DNA of 64,000 nucleotides, from positions 62,001-126,000 of the IMG/VR virus record IMGVR_UViG_3300049855_000348; one strand, given 5' to 3'. Below the pieces are notes generated by a model, which was not told where the DNA came from, ran no database searches, and saw only the letters and a list, made by a program, of their open reading frames with translations. Made by a program: the position numbers and the translations under genes. How positions within the stretch are numbered: position 1 is the first letter of the stretch; each line of letters starts with the position of its first letter. Below are positions 26,019 to 35,850 of the stretch, piece by piece.

Positions 26019-26690
26019 ATGACCACACTCCGATCCGCCAAAGAACTCTGGTCCGACGCCCAGCCCGCCCGGCCTTGTTTGATCATGGGGAACTCCCCCA
26101 GCCTGGATCTCTACAAGGACGAGACCTACGACCAGTTCTTCACCATCGGCTGCAATTCCCGCCTGCACACCCGGTACACTCCCGATCTGACCATGATGAT
26201 CGACCGGAACATACCAACACCCGATCCTGAGGCTGATCTGGTCTCACAGATCCCCCATTGGCAACAGAGTCATCCAGGGACGGTCTACAAGTTCCAACTC
26301 GGCCTGCGACTCCAGTTCCACCCCGATCTGAGTTCTGACAAGATCGACTATTCGATCACCAGTCCGTACATGGCCATCTGCCTCGCCTATCTTATGGGAT
26401 GGCGCAGCTTCACTCTCATCGGGATCGACCTGGGCATGGTCGACGGGAAGAACTACCATGACGACAAGGAGAAAGCTCCCATCGTCACCCGTCCTGGCTT
26501 CGTGCTCGGACCCGATGGCAAGGAGATCCCCGACCCCCTCAACACTCGGCGTCGCTTCCTCGCTGCGTGCTACAATCACCTCAGCTACCTCATCAACAAG
26601 ATGAGCACGTACCACAACTGCCGTTTCTTCTCGCTCTCGCCCTACTCGCAGTTGCTTCAAAACGGTAACGTCAAGAAAGTCACGCTGTGA
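26019..26690 (+). CDS. DUF115/MAF-like (sialyltransferase-like) putative glycosyltransferase
   Basis: CLIMGNSPSL, TIGCN, AICLAYLMG..FTLIGIDL. Confidence 0.7.
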   Translation: MTTLRSAKELWSDAQPARPCLIMGNSPSLDLYKDETYDQFFTIGCNSRLHTRYTPDLTMMIDRNIPTPDPEADLVSQIPHWQQSHPGTVYKFQLGLRLQFHPDLSSDKIDYSITSPYMAICLAYLMGWRSFTLIGIDLGMVDGKNYHDDKEKAPIVTRPGFVLGPDGKEIPDPLNTRRRFLAACYNHLSYLINKMSTYHNCRFFSLSPYSQLLQNGNVKKVTL

Positions 26691-27544
26691 ACGACGCCGA
26701 CAAGTTGAAAGACGAGTACCACTCGAAGCTCGCAGACAACCAGACCTACTGGTTGAAGATCCGCTTCACGCCCGGCATGGAGATGCTGGCCAAAGAGCTT
26801 GCCACCGGTCGCCGGATCTATGAGCAGGATTTCGTCGATCCGAATACCTCACCAAGAACGGTCATCATCTCACCGGATGGCAGTGAACTCAGCCCAAGTA
26901 TTTCGCCGAGTCCGCCACCTCCATCACCGGCATCCTCACCATCACCAATACCAGCCTCGCCACATCCGGTCATCACTCGTCGTCGCAGCCAACGCTGGAT
27001 GATCGATGCTACCGGCAGCTTTCCCACGCTTTTCATCGAAGAATCGAAGGTGAGCTTCTATTCGACGCTCGCTGAACTGAAGCAGGGTATTTCCGATCGT
27101 TCCGACACCGGTCGCAACAAGGTGGTGATCAACATCGCCAACGTCATCTCGGTCGAGAAGATCATCACCCGTCGCAGCTACTCGCAGAGCATCGTCTACC
27201 CCGATGTCGAAGCAGGCATCAATGGTCAGGAACCGAAGATCGTTGAAGAACCACTGACGATCGACTCACCGCAAGAGATCCCAGCGATCACCGACATCAA
27301 CCAAGAGATGATGTTCAAGATCCTGGCCCATGGTGGTCAGGCTCCGTACCGCTATTCGATGATCAACGCGCCCACCGACCTCTACGTCACCGAGGACGGC
27401 TGGGTTCGTGGCTTCATCGAAGAGGACCAGTGGCCGACCTCCGACTTCCGTGAGTTCGTGGTTCTCATCCTGGTCGAAGACTCCTCCATCCCAGTCCAGA
27501 CTGCCGGCCTGGAGTTCCGCTACCGGCTCTACCCACGCTCATGA
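26687..27544 (+). CDS. Protein with Ser/Pro-rich linker and C-terminal Ig-like domain
   Basis: A.GG.APY.YS..AP..L.V..DG pattern; SPSISPSPPPPSPASSPSP linker. Confidence 0.65.
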   Translation: MNDADKLKDEYHSKLADNQTYWLKIRFTPGMEMLAKELATGRRIYEQDFVDPNTSPRTVIISPDGSELSPSISPSPPPPSPASSPSPIPASPHPVITRRRSQRWMIDATGSFPTLFIEESKVSFYSTLAELKQGISDRSDTGRNKVVINIANVISVEKIITRRSYSQSIVYPDVEAGINGQEPKIVEEPLTIDSPQEIPAITDINQEMMFKILAHGGQAPYRYSMINAPTDLYVTEDGWVRGFIEEDQWPTSDFREFVVLILVEDSSIPVQTAGLEFRYRLYPRS

Positions 27545-28119
27545 TGCACCAACCCACCAAGGTTTCCAAGCAGACCATCGGCTCGGTCCTGGAGGACATC
27601 AAACGCCAGCAGAAGCGGCTGGAGGATGCCTTCAACTGGACCAGCACGGTGGCCAAGGCCATCCAGACTGCCGGTCGCCGGGTGGTGTTCACCAACGTTG
27701 GACCGATCGAGCCAACCACCCGGGAGGTCGGGATCGCCTTTTCCCTGGTCGTAAACGGGGTCATGCAGGACGTTCTAGTCGTCACCCTGGTCGTTACCCC
27801 TTCCAAGGACGATCTTGCCTCCATGAGGCGGGAAACCGCCCTGGCGATGGAGGGAATTCGCCTGGAGACCATGCTGGCGTGGCAGGAGCAGGGGGTGCGG
27901 GTGTTCGAGACGTGGTTCGTCAAGGAACAGACCCTGTGGCAGGGCTCGCCGGAGAAGACCCAGGTCTATCTTACTAAGGTCATAGCAGATTGGCTGGCCT
28001 ACTGGTTCGAGACGCCACCTTCGCCGATCTTCCGGGCACCCGAACTCCGCATCCGGTCGATCAGCCCGAAGGCACCGCTCGCCACACCGCTTCCTGTTGC
28101 TTCACCGATGGGCGGTTAG
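27541..28119 (+). CDS. Hypothetical protein
   Basis: ATGA overlap with the upstream gene. Confidence 0.7.
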   Translation: MMHQPTKVSKQTIGSVLEDIKRQQKRLEDAFNWTSTVAKAIQTAGRRVVFTNVGPIEPTTREVGIAFSLVVNGVMQDVLVVTLVVTPSKDDLASMRRETALAMEGIRLETMLAWQEQGVRVFETWFVKEQTLWQGSPEKTQVYLTKVIADWLAYWFETPPSPIFRAPELRIRSISPKAPLATPLPVASPMGG

Positions 28120-29413
28120 TCGCTCCGTAGGTGTACGGGATCTTCTTCATGCCCGGCCATGGCTGGAGGTTGCTCAAGAAGCGTTTGAACTCGTAGGTGT
28201 CGCCACCGTAGGTGAGCACCGATCCGAAGGGCATGAAGTGGACCGAGTAGTATTCGCCGGTGGCGTGATCATTGATCTCGCTGTCGACCAACGTCATCAG
28301 ATTGCGATGCGGACGATTGACCGTCAGCGAGATACCCAGGGCTTGCTCACCCTCTGAGGTGATGGCACTGGGATGCAGGCCGAAGTTCGTGCCGTACTCC
28401 GTCGGCGTTCCCTCGACTCGTGACAGACGCTGATTGTAGGTCAGGCCAGCGGGCAGGATCAGGTCATCAGGATCGAAGCTCGGGTAAACGCTGTCGCACT
28501 GTTCTTGGTTGTCACAGACGTTCGAGCATTCGAGCGAGCACAGGTAAGGAACACCCACCACGCCGTGCGGCATCTTCACCACGGCACCCGGTGGGTATCC
28601 ATCCTGCACGACGATATTGCGCACGAACACCTGACCAGATGCATCTTTGATGGCGATCGACAGTGCGGTCGGCTGGCTGGCAGTGACCGACAAGGTCATG
28701 TAATAGCCGCCGATTCCATCGGCATAGACGGTAACCGTCGCCACTCCACCGACATCGCTGCCTGAGGGATTGTACGAGTCGATGCCCTGCTCGGCATCAT
28801 AGGCGATCACTGCACCAACGTTGCCAATGATCGGCAGGTTGACGATGCAGTTCTCGTTGAGCATTGGGATGATGTCGAAGTCACAGTCGAACTGCAACGG
28901 CACCAGATGCTTCATCAACAAATTCTGATCGACGTGGCGAAGGTCCTGCCAGTAACGAGAGATGAACACCAGGAAGCCGGTGCTCATGTCATCCGTGGTG
29001 GCCGAAGCGAGGTCGATTGGACGCGGGAAGTTCGCTGGCGGCTCATCGAGGAAGAGCAGACGACCAGAAGGATCACGAATCCCTTCCGACAGACGAGCCC
29101 GGCAGATGTTGCGATCTGGCTCAGCATGGAAGCCGAAGGTGATGCCAGCCGACTCCTGGTTGACCTGGGCAGCCATATCGGTGGTCAGCCGCTTGCAGAG
29201 TGCGCTGGTGAAGATCGCCTTCGAGAAGGTGGGTGTCTCCAGGTTCAGGCCAGACTTCCGACCCGCTGAAGGGATGTGAATGATCTGTGGCTGGATGGCA
29301 GCGCAGTTCTCTGGCGAGTCATAGTTTGCACCGTCCACCGTGGCAGCCAGATAGGGCGTCCTGAGGAAGCCTCCGCCAATCGAGAACAGGTGAACTTTTT
29401 CGTCAAACTGCAT
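28061..29413 (-). CDS. Putative virion protein with putative Ig domain
   Basis: GVVGVPY...LPAGLTYN...EGTPT. Confidence 0.65.
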   Translation of the reverse strand: MQFDEKVHLFSIGGGFLRTPYLAATVDGANYDSPENCAAIQPQIIHIPSAGRKSGLNLETPTFSKAIFTSALCKRLTTDMAAQVNQESAGITFGFHAEPDRNICRARLSEGIRDPSGRLLFLDEPPANFPRPIDLASATTDDMSTGFLVFISRYWQDLRHVDQNLLMKHLVPLQFDCDFDIIPMLNENCIVNLPIIGNVGAVIAYDAEQGIDSYNPSGSDVGGVATVTVYADGIGGYYMTLSVTASQPTALSIAIKDASGQVFVRNIVVQDGYPPGAVVKMPHGVVGVPYLCSLECSNVCDNQEQCDSVYPSFDPDDLILPAGLTYNQRLSRVEGTPTEYGTNFGLHPSAITSEGEQALGISLTVNRPHRNLMTLVDSEINDHATGEYYSVHFMPFGSVLTYGGDTYEFKRFLSNLQPWPGMKKIPYTYGATNRPSVKQQEAVWRAVPSG

Positions 29414-29447
29414 GACCTAGTTAGCCTGTTTTCCCTGTAGTTAGATC

Positions 29448-30209
29448 ATGCCACAAACACTCGCTACGCTGCGGTATCTCTCCTTCGAGGTCGGTTCCAA
29501 GTGCAATCTCGCTGACGATCACCCGACCTGCCCGATCAACCACATGAACCGGGTCTACGAGAAGACCATCCAGCCGGCTGACGTGTTGGCCTTCGTCCGC
29601 TCGGCTGTCGACCACGGCTTCCGTGGGTTCGTCGCCTTCCACTACTACAACGAGCCGATGCTCAAGATCATCGACGTGTTGACCATCATGGACCTCATCG
29701 ACGAGGCCAAGCTGCCGGTGCAGTACCTGCTGTGGTCGAACGGTCTGCTGATCCCGAGGAGCCCGGACAAGCAACAGTTCCTCAAACGCTTTCACGACAT
29801 CATCATCTCGCAGTATTTCGCCAAGGACGTTCCCTTCTTCGTCGAACTCCAGAAACGCTTCCCCCACATCCGCATCATTCCCAACGCTCAGTTGGACGAC
29901 CGTGCCGCTGTGGTCGAGAAGCCGGCCACCTCCTACACCGACTTCGGTCAGTGCATGCGCCAGAAGATCGAGATGATCATTCGCAACGATGGTGAGATCC
30001 ACCACTGCTGCATCGACTACGGTAACGAGATCAAGGCCGGCAACGTCCTGCGTGACGACCATGCTGCCGTCATTGCTCGCTGGCAGAAGAACCGCGACAT
30101 CGTCGGTGCCGGCGACATGAACCAAGAAGGGTTCAACGCTCTCCCCTCCGTCTGCAAAGCCTGCGTCGTCAAGACGCCTCACTCCGTGATCATGCCCAAG
30201 AGGACCTGA
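29448..30209 (+). CDS. Radical SAM / SPASM-domain-like protein with atypical Cys motif
   Basis: SFEVGSKCNLADDHPTCP, YNEP, SNG; SPASM-like C..IRNDG.IH.CC.D...GN..W..C..C. Confidence 0.75.
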   Translation: MPQTLATLRYLSFEVGSKCNLADDHPTCPINHMNRVYEKTIQPADVLAFVRSAVDHGFRGFVAFHYYNEPMLKIIDVLTIMDLIDEAKLPVQYLLWSNGLLIPRSPDKQQFLKRFHDIIISQYFAKDVPFFVELQKRFPHIRIIPNAQLDDRAAVVEKPATSYTDFGQCMRQKIEMIIRNDGEIHHCCIDYGNEIKAGNVLRDDHAAVIARWQKNRDIVGAGDMNQEGFNALPSVCKACVVKTPHSVIMPKRT

Positions 30210-30901
30210 TGCGTCTCGACTCCGTTCTGTACGTCAACCTTCCTGAATCGATCTATCGCCGTGATTGCGTTGAATCAGAGATCCACAAAGTTGGTCTCTT
30301 CGACATCGCACACCATCACGAAGGCATCCGACCGGAAGCTAGTCTCCCGTTGCCACGTGGTTTCTCTCCCGAGCTTCTAGGCAGCCTCTATGGTGATCAG
30401 CAGGCACGTGGTGCTCTGGGTTGTGCGTTGGCTCACTACAACGCCTACAAGCGCATCCAATACAACGGCTGGCAGAACACGCTGATCCTCGAAGATGATG
30501 CAGTGATCGACGTGGCTCATTTCAAGACCCTGCTCGACAACGCACCAGCCGATGCCGACATCATCTACCTCAATCGTTCACAGTGGCCGGTGGCGGTCAT
30601 CGACGACACTCAGAACAGTGATTTCTTCGAGCGTGTGAAGGGACAACTCTGCACCGTCGGCTACATCGTCAGGCAGTCAGCGATCGAACGACTCATCGAA
30701 CGTTGTGATCCGTTCGCTCCGCGTCCGAATCCCGTTCATATCAGTGTCATCGACGTGGTACTGGCCAATGAGATGACCGACCTGAAGATCTTCCGTCCAT
30801 TGCATGGAGCGGTCGATCAGGATCTCACCAAGTTCGGCTCCATCATCGCTGGGGTGCCGGCTGTGGAGTATCAGAAGAAGAAGGAACTGGGATCGGTGTA
30901 G
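30209..30901 (+). CDS. Glycosyltransferase family 25
   Basis: YVNL....RR, GALGCALAH, LILEDDA, GYIV. Confidence 0.9.
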   Translation: MRLDSVLYVNLPESIYRRDCVESEIHKVGLFDIAHHHEGIRPEASLPLPRGFSPELLGSLYGDQQARGALGCALAHYNAYKRIQYNGWQNTLILEDDAVIDVAHFKTLLDNAPADADIIYLNRSQWPVAVIDDTQNSDFFERVKGQLCTVGYIVRQSAIERLIERCDPFAPRPNPVHISVIDVVLANEMTDLKIFRPLHGAVDQDLTKFGSIIAGVPAVEYQKKKELGSV

Positions 30902-30946
30902 TCTACTGGTCTTTGAAGCCCGGCAGGAACTGCACACCCACCGTCG

Positions 30947-31186
30947 CTAGTGAGAGGTTTCCCATTCGAGCGGAGTACCGATTTCCACACGGCAGTGCTG
31001 AATGGCTGGGAAGCGTGCGGTCTTCCTGTAGGCAGCCTTGAGAGATCTCGCACAGCGGATGCGACGGAATCGACCGTTGGGTAGACTGACGATGGTGTCA
31101 CCATCGTCGGTCTTGCGAGTCTTCAACTCACCTTTGATCGGACACATCTCGGCGAGATGTTCGAGGATTGCGTTGATTGGTGTCAT
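30947..31186 (-). CDS. Hypothetical protein
   Basis: Follows the lipoprotein gene in the same operon. Confidence 0.6.
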   Translation of the reverse strand: MTPINAILEHLAEMCPIKGELKTRKTDDGDTIVSLPNGRFRRIRCARSLKAAYRKTARFPAIQHCRVEIGTPLEWETSH

Positions 31187-31188
31187 GA

Positions 31189-31611
31189 TCAGTCCTTATT
31201 GAAGGTGATGTCGGTGGTCGACAGACGCCAGTAGTCGAGAGCGTTGTAGGGAACATTGATGCGCTGGGTGGTGTAGACGCTATCCGGCTTCAATGCCACC
31301 ACAGCATCCTTCACGCACCAGCCACGACCGGTCAGGATGAAGTTCAGATTGATGACTCTGTTGGTGGTGTTGCGGAAGGTCACAACCACATCAGATCGTC
31401 CACCACGATCGTACTCACGATTGTCGAAGCACCACGGAGAGCCATCGCTCTGAAACCGGGTCTGCGTGATCTCGAAGTGGCCGACCGGCTCGTCCTGGTT
31501 GCGGTTCTGCACCACCTGATGGGCTGTGGTGGTGACCATGCGACCGTTCTGGCCGCATCCGATGGTGAACAGGCAGGCGAGCAGGAGGACGAAGTGAAAG
31601 ATGTTCTTCAT
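31189..31611 (-). CDS. Putative lipoprotein, leaderless
   Basis: Signal peptide MKNIFHFVLLLACLFTIGC with lipobox. Confidence 0.75.
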   Translation of the reverse strand: MKNIFHFVLLLACLFTIGCGQNGRMVTTTAHQVVQNRNQDEPVGHFEITQTRFQSDGSPWCFDNREYDRGGRSDVVVTFRNTTNRVINLNFILTGRGWCVKDAVVALKPDSVYTTQRINVPYNALDYWRLSTTDITFNKD

Positions 31612-31617
31612 GCCCGA

Positions 31618-31645
31618 AGTATAGCGATCAATTTGTCTAAGTCAA
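31618..31645 (-). promoter_or_regulatory. Repeated promoter, copy 10
   Basis: TTGACT-TAGACAAATTGATCGC-TATACT-TCGGGC-ATG. Confidence 0.85.
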
Positions 31646-31648
31646 CAC

Positions 31649-31957
31649 CTACTTGATGAAGAGCAACACTCCGATCACAGTGGCTGCCATCGTCATCGCC
31701 AGAATCACCACCGAGGCCAGGACATCAGTCCGGTGGATGCTGCGAGCCTTCTGGACGGCTTCTTCCACGGCTGAGAAGGGTACCGTCACGAACAAGTGAC
31801 CATCGTGCAATTCAGGCCGGCAACTGGTGGCCATGGAGGTCAGCAGGGGTTGGATCTGGGAGGGAGCCTTGGCGAGGTGACTGACCAGTTCTTGGTTGGC
31901 ATCAGCGACGGCGGTCATGGACTTCCCCAAGGGGTGGTAGGGTGGTATTGGGATCAT
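31649..31957 (-). CDS. Hypothetical protein with C-terminal TM segment
   Basis: VLASVVILAMTMAATVIGVLLFI. Confidence 0.6.
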   Translation of the reverse strand: MIPIPPYHPLGKSMTAVADANQELVSHLAKAPSQIQPLLTSMATSCRPELHDGHLFVTVPFSAVEEAVQKARSIHRTDVLASVVILAMTMAATVIGVLLFIK

Positions 31958-32628
31958 CTCACAGCCAACGGCAGGGCACCGGGCACACGAGGGTAGCCAA
32001 TGCGCCTCCAGGCTTCGTTCAGCAGCGTGGTGTGGTCGTGGTGCCCACAGTCGACCAAAGTGTCCAGGTACGCCTCGCAGAGGGCGTAGCAGGCACCGGC
32101 AGTGTTGGCATCGTCCAGGGCGGAGTGGGCTCTGGGGTTCTCGATGCCGAAGAAGCTGGCGATCTCTTTCAGGTTGGACTTCCTGACCGGGCTCTTGATG
32201 CGACGCTTCAGATTCCAGAAGTTATACATCAGGTCTTCAGGGTGGTAACTGACCTGGGCTTTGAGACCAAACTGGCTGGTCCAGTAGTTCAACAGGGGGA
32301 AGTCGAAGTTGACGATGTTCTGCCCCACCAGGATGGCCCGGTCACTGCCACCACCGGCGACCTTGAAGACCCAGTCGCAGAACTTGGCCCACCCTTCCAA
32401 CTGGGAGACTGCTTCACGGTCCCAGACGGCTTGGTCGTAGTGGTTGTAGACCCCCATGGTGTTCGGGGCGATGCGGTGTGGATGTTCGATCCTGAGCTTG
32501 ACGTGAAAATTCTCCGTCGTCGGCACCAGCGTGTCGTGACGTAACATGACACCTGCGATCTCGATTGCCTCGTTGTGGCGAGGATCGAGACCGGTGGTCT
32601 CAGTGTCGAAGGAGATGAGCACGCTCAT
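31954..32628 (-). CDS. DEDDh 3'-5' exonuclease (DnaQ-like)
   Basis: FDTETTGL, GQNIVNFD, AHSALDDA. Confidence 0.92.
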   Translation of the reverse strand: MSVLISFDTETTGLDPRHNEAIEIAGVMLRHDTLVPTTENFHVKLRIEHPHRIAPNTMGVYNHYDQAVWDREAVSQLEGWAKFCDWVFKVAGGGSDRAILVGQNIVNFDFPLLNYWTSQFGLKAQVSYHPEDLMYNFWNLKRRIKSPVRKSNLKEIASFFGIENPRAHSALDDANTAGACYALCEAYLDTLVDCGHHDHTTLLNEAWRRIGYPRVPGALPLAVR

Positions 32629-33080
32629 CCGGGACGGATACCCTGCGTCAGTTGCTTGCGGATGATGTTCTGGGCGATGGCTCCCAGGACATTTTCATGC
32701 CAGTGCTTCTCGAAGCGTTCGGCTTCAACACGGAGGAGAGCCGGTGCCTTGGTGTAGGCTTCCTCGACCGTCACCGCTGGCACCGGGACGAAGATCGCCT
32801 GCTTGTGTTCCTTCGGCTTCTCACCGGGTGCTGGGCGGTAGTTCTTGTCGAACGGGATCGGCACCGTGACGACGGCATGCGCCACCCAACGTGGGAAGTC
32901 GGGAGGGAAGGCACCGGAGATGAGGATGTTTTCCTCAATCCGCAAGCCTTCCTGGTTGTAGTAGTTCTCGCGCTTGAAGATGAAGATCGGTGCTGCCTCG
33001 AACTTCTTCAGTGCGTCGGCGATGACCCCTTCCGGGAGCAGCGGAGCATCGGCGGGCGGGGCTTGATTGGTTTCGTTCAC
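32625..33080 (-). CDS. Hypothetical protein
   Basis: Overlapping starts and stops with neighbours. Confidence 0.7.
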   Translation of the reverse strand: MNETNQAPPADAPLLPEGVIADALKKFEAAPIFIFKRENYYNQEGLRIEENILISGAFPPDFPRWVAHAVVTVPIPFDKNYRPAPGEKPKEHKQAIFVPVPAVTVEEAYTKAPALLRVEAERFEKHWHENVLGAIAQNIIRKQLTQGIRPG

Positions 33081-33949
33081 TGCTGAGTTCCTTCTTCGTC
33101 TTCTTCAGCCGGTGGTTCTTCACCGGTGAGGTCCTTCTGAACCAGACGAGCTACATCGGGGTGGAGGTTACGACCTGAGTTGGTCTTGTCGACACGTTCG
33201 ATCAGTCGTGCATCGGCTTCGGCTTCTTCCATCGCCATGGCAAGGCCGGCGATCACCTTTTGGATCTGATTGCCAAAGAGGGCACGGTAATCGGCCATCC
33301 GCACACGGTGCATGGTCGCATCGTAGAAATCGAGAGCGTTGGTCAGTTCCTGCCAGAGCTTGCGATCGGTGCCAGACCAGAACCAAGACTCAGGATCGTT
33401 GACGAACGTGTAGACCAGTTCACTGCTCTTCGACAAGCCAACCAGACTGATCGTGCGCTGGGCGGTGTCGATACGAAAGACTTCACGACCGTCGAAGAAC
33501 AGGAGGCGTTCGTCCGAGTTGGCGACCGTGAATTGTCGGTCGATCTTGAAAGCCATCGCTTTGATAGCGTCGATGAGGACCACCACCTCATGCCGGGTGA
33601 TCAGGTTGGCGGTTGCCGCTTCGTGACTGCTGATGGCGTACTGGGATTGGATGACCCTTTCCAGACGCTCCCAGATCTTCACTTCGATGTTCAGACTGAA
33701 GATCTTGCGAGGTGGGCAGACGTATGCCCGCTCGACATTCCCATCACGCTTGCGGCTGATGGTCCGGTTGGTCAGGTCGATGCGAAAAACCTCGACCCCA
33801 GCCGACGAGAGGGTGGCCACCACGTCTTCCCCACTGCTCATGGAGACCGTGAAGGCCGACTGCTCAACACCATCAGCGATGGCTTGGATCTGGTCAGGTG
33901 AGAGCAGGTTGACCACTCGTTTGACCGGTTCTGGTTTTCTTGCTCGCAT
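33077..33949 (-). CDS. Hypothetical protein with an internal duplicated domain
   Basis: G.EVFRID...RTIS occurs twice. Confidence 0.75.
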   Translation of the reverse strand: MRARKPEPVKRVVNLLSPDQIQAIADGVEQSAFTVSMSSGEDVVATLSSAGVEVFRIDLTNRTISRKRDGNVERAYVCPPRKIFSLNIEVKIWERLERVIQSQYAISSHEAATANLITRHEVVVLIDAIKAMAFKIDRQFTVANSDERLLFFDGREVFRIDTAQRTISLVGLSKSSELVYTFVNDPESWFWSGTDRKLWQELTNALDFYDATMHRVRMADYRALFGNQIQKVIAGLAMAMEEAEADARLIERVDKTNSGRNLHPDVARLVQKDLTGEEPPAEEDEEGTQQ

Positions 33950-33956
33950 GGACTAG

Positions 33957-34163
33957 CTAACCCTTGTCGCCCTGTTTGGCGTCCTTCTCTTTGATCTCGG
34001 CGATCTCGGCGGTGGTTGGCTGTTCGATGTCCTTGATCAGGTAGTCATGGAGCATGCGAATGCCCCGTCGAACCTGATCCGACTTTCCGAGCCTGAACTT
34101 CTTGCTGATCTCCAGCAATTTTTCGTTGTCCTCATCCGTGATGAGGAAGCTGATCTTCGGCAT
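33957..34163 (-). CDS. Ribbon-helix-helix DNA-binding protein
   Basis: KISFLITDEDNEKLLEISKKFRLGKSDQVRRGI; GGAGG SD. Confidence 0.7.
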   Translation of the reverse strand: MPKISFLITDEDNEKLLEISKKFRLGKSDQVRRGIRMLHDYLIKDIEQPTTAEIAEIKEKDAKQGDKG

Positions 34164-34624
34164 CAGGTGCCTCCCTTCTTCACGGGGCAGAGGCAGTCCA
34201 GGTACTCCGGGTGGAGTGCCAGGATGCTGATCGCCCACGAGATGTTCCTGGGGCTGAAGGCGATCACCATGGTAGTGCCGTCTGGATAGAAGAACGTCGG
34301 AACCTCGAAGTCATCCAGGCTTTCGTCGAACAGCATGGTGTTGATGACTGCGACCACATGCGGTGCCAGATTGATCTGCTTGGAGACCAGCGGCAGATAG
34401 AAGTCGCTGAACTTACCATTGATCGACTTCTGACGCACCGTTGGAAGCTGCGTGATGAAATAACCGAAGGTGGTTGATTCCTTGGCGTTTTCTTCTTCCC
34501 GCTCGTCGAACCTTTCGCCCAGGGAGTCCGGGAAGTAGAAGTTCACTCCGAACACATCGGAGAGGTAATGCTCCAATGCCTTTCGGGCATCTGCCACGGG
34601 GTCTTTGACTGTTTTCATGCTCAT
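34163..34624 (-). CDS. Hypothetical protein
   Basis: TGATG overlap with the downstream gene. Confidence 0.7.
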   Translation of the reverse strand: MSMKTVKDPVADARKALEHYLSDVFGVNFYFPDSLGERFDEREEENAKESTTFGYFITQLPTVRQKSINGKFSDFYLPLVSKQINLAPHVVAVINTMLFDESLDDFEVPTFFYPDGTTMVIAFSPRNISWAISILALHPEYLDCLCPVKKGGT

Positions 34625-34660
34625 GCTGTGCTTCCTGGATCTAGGGGGTGCCGACCGGTT

Positions 34661-35776
34661 TCAAACCTTGGGAACCGGCAGGGCCGCAGCCTGCTGGAGG
34701 ATCCACTTCACCGCACCACCCGACACGTTCTTGCCGGCGATGATGTCTTCGATCACCTTGCTCCAGCCGTAGTTGCCGGTGGCCTGGAGACGCTTGGCGA
34801 GCGCCAGGACCTCGTCGCTGGCCTTGCCGACAGTCGTGGTGTCCTGCGGGGGCGGGACGCGGCTGGCGAGGCTGTGGACGACCACCGGCTTGGGAGCAGC
34901 GGGTGCCGGCTGGGGCGTGGCAGCAGCCAGAGCAGCGGCTTCCGCCTTCTTGCGTGCCTCTTCCTCGGCGGCGAACCGCTGCTGGAGGAGGTTGATCACC
35001 TCGTTGATCGGCACACCGGCAGTGCGGTGATCCGAGCACCACTTCAGGAACTTGGGGATACGGCGAGCCTGCTGATCGTTCTTCACCACGTGGCGGTAGT
35101 AGCCTTCGCGCACACGGTAGCTGCGATCGAAGACACCGCTTTCGCAGTCAGCCAGCCACTTCTCATCGACACCGTTGGCCGAATCGAGGCGGCGGACAGT
35201 CTCCTGCCACAGGCGGCGGTAGGGGTTGCTGCCCGAGGCCAGGAGATCGCGGTGCTCGTAGAGACCAGGGAAGTCACGCTTGAAGTCGTTGACCTTCTCC
35301 ATCGTGCGGCGGAACTTCTCGGAGCGGGTGCGTTCAGCCTTCACCGCTTCGATCATGGCTTCCGCAGCCGGCAAGCCGAGGTTGCGCACGATCTCACCGA
35401 AGCAGTCCGTACCCGACCAGCCGAGGTAGGCACCCTTCAGCGTGCGGTAGAACACGCACCAGTTGTGATGAGCATTGCAGAGGCTGCACTGAGCCGCCCG
35501 CTTGCCGTTCACCGTGGGGGAGACCGCCAGAGCGTACTCGAACTCACCGAGTTCGGCGACGGTGTTCACCAGGGTGTTGCGCTTGTCGAAACGATCACGC
35601 TTGTCGGTGATGATCGAGTTGTCCTTGAGGACCGTCACTTTGCGCCACGTCAGCGGCTGACCGTAGGTTTCGACATTGCCGAGACCCGGTACCTCCGTGA
35701 GGACCACACCGCGCTCAACCTGTCGGAGGTTGCTGCCGGTGGTGGGGGAGAAGGGGATGTTGGAATTGAAGGCCAT
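34661..35776 (-). CDS. Hypothetical protein with CSLC..H zinc motif
   Basis: AGGAG SD; strongly biased codon usage; follows promoter copy 11. Confidence 0.8.
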   Translation of the reverse strand: MAFNSNIPFSPTTGSNLRQVERGVVLTEVPGLGNVETYGQPLTWRKVTVLKDNSIITDKRDRFDKRNTLVNTVAELGEFEYALAVSPTVNGKRAAQCSLCNAHHNWCVFYRTLKGAYLGWSGTDCFGEIVRNLGLPAAEAMIEAVKAERTRSEKFRRTMEKVNDFKRDFPGLYEHRDLLASGSNPYRRLWQETVRRLDSANGVDEKWLADCESGVFDRSYRVREGYYRHVVKNDQQARRIPKFLKWCSDHRTAGVPINEVINLLQQRFAAEEEARKKAEAAALAAATPQPAPAAPKPVVVHSLASRVPPPQDTTTVGKASDEVLALAKRLQATGNYGWSKVIEDIIAGKNVSGGAVKWILQQAAALPVPKV

Positions 35777-35806
35777 GGTGAATACTCCTGCTTTGCTTGT
35801 GCGTGG

Positions 35807-35834
35807 AGTATAGCGACACTTTGGCTGATGTCAA
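35807..35834 (-). promoter_or_regulatory. Repeated promoter, copy 11
   Basis: TTGACA-TCAGCCAAAGTGTCGC-TATACT. Confidence 0.8.
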
Positions 35835-35850
35835 CACTTAGCTCAAACGT

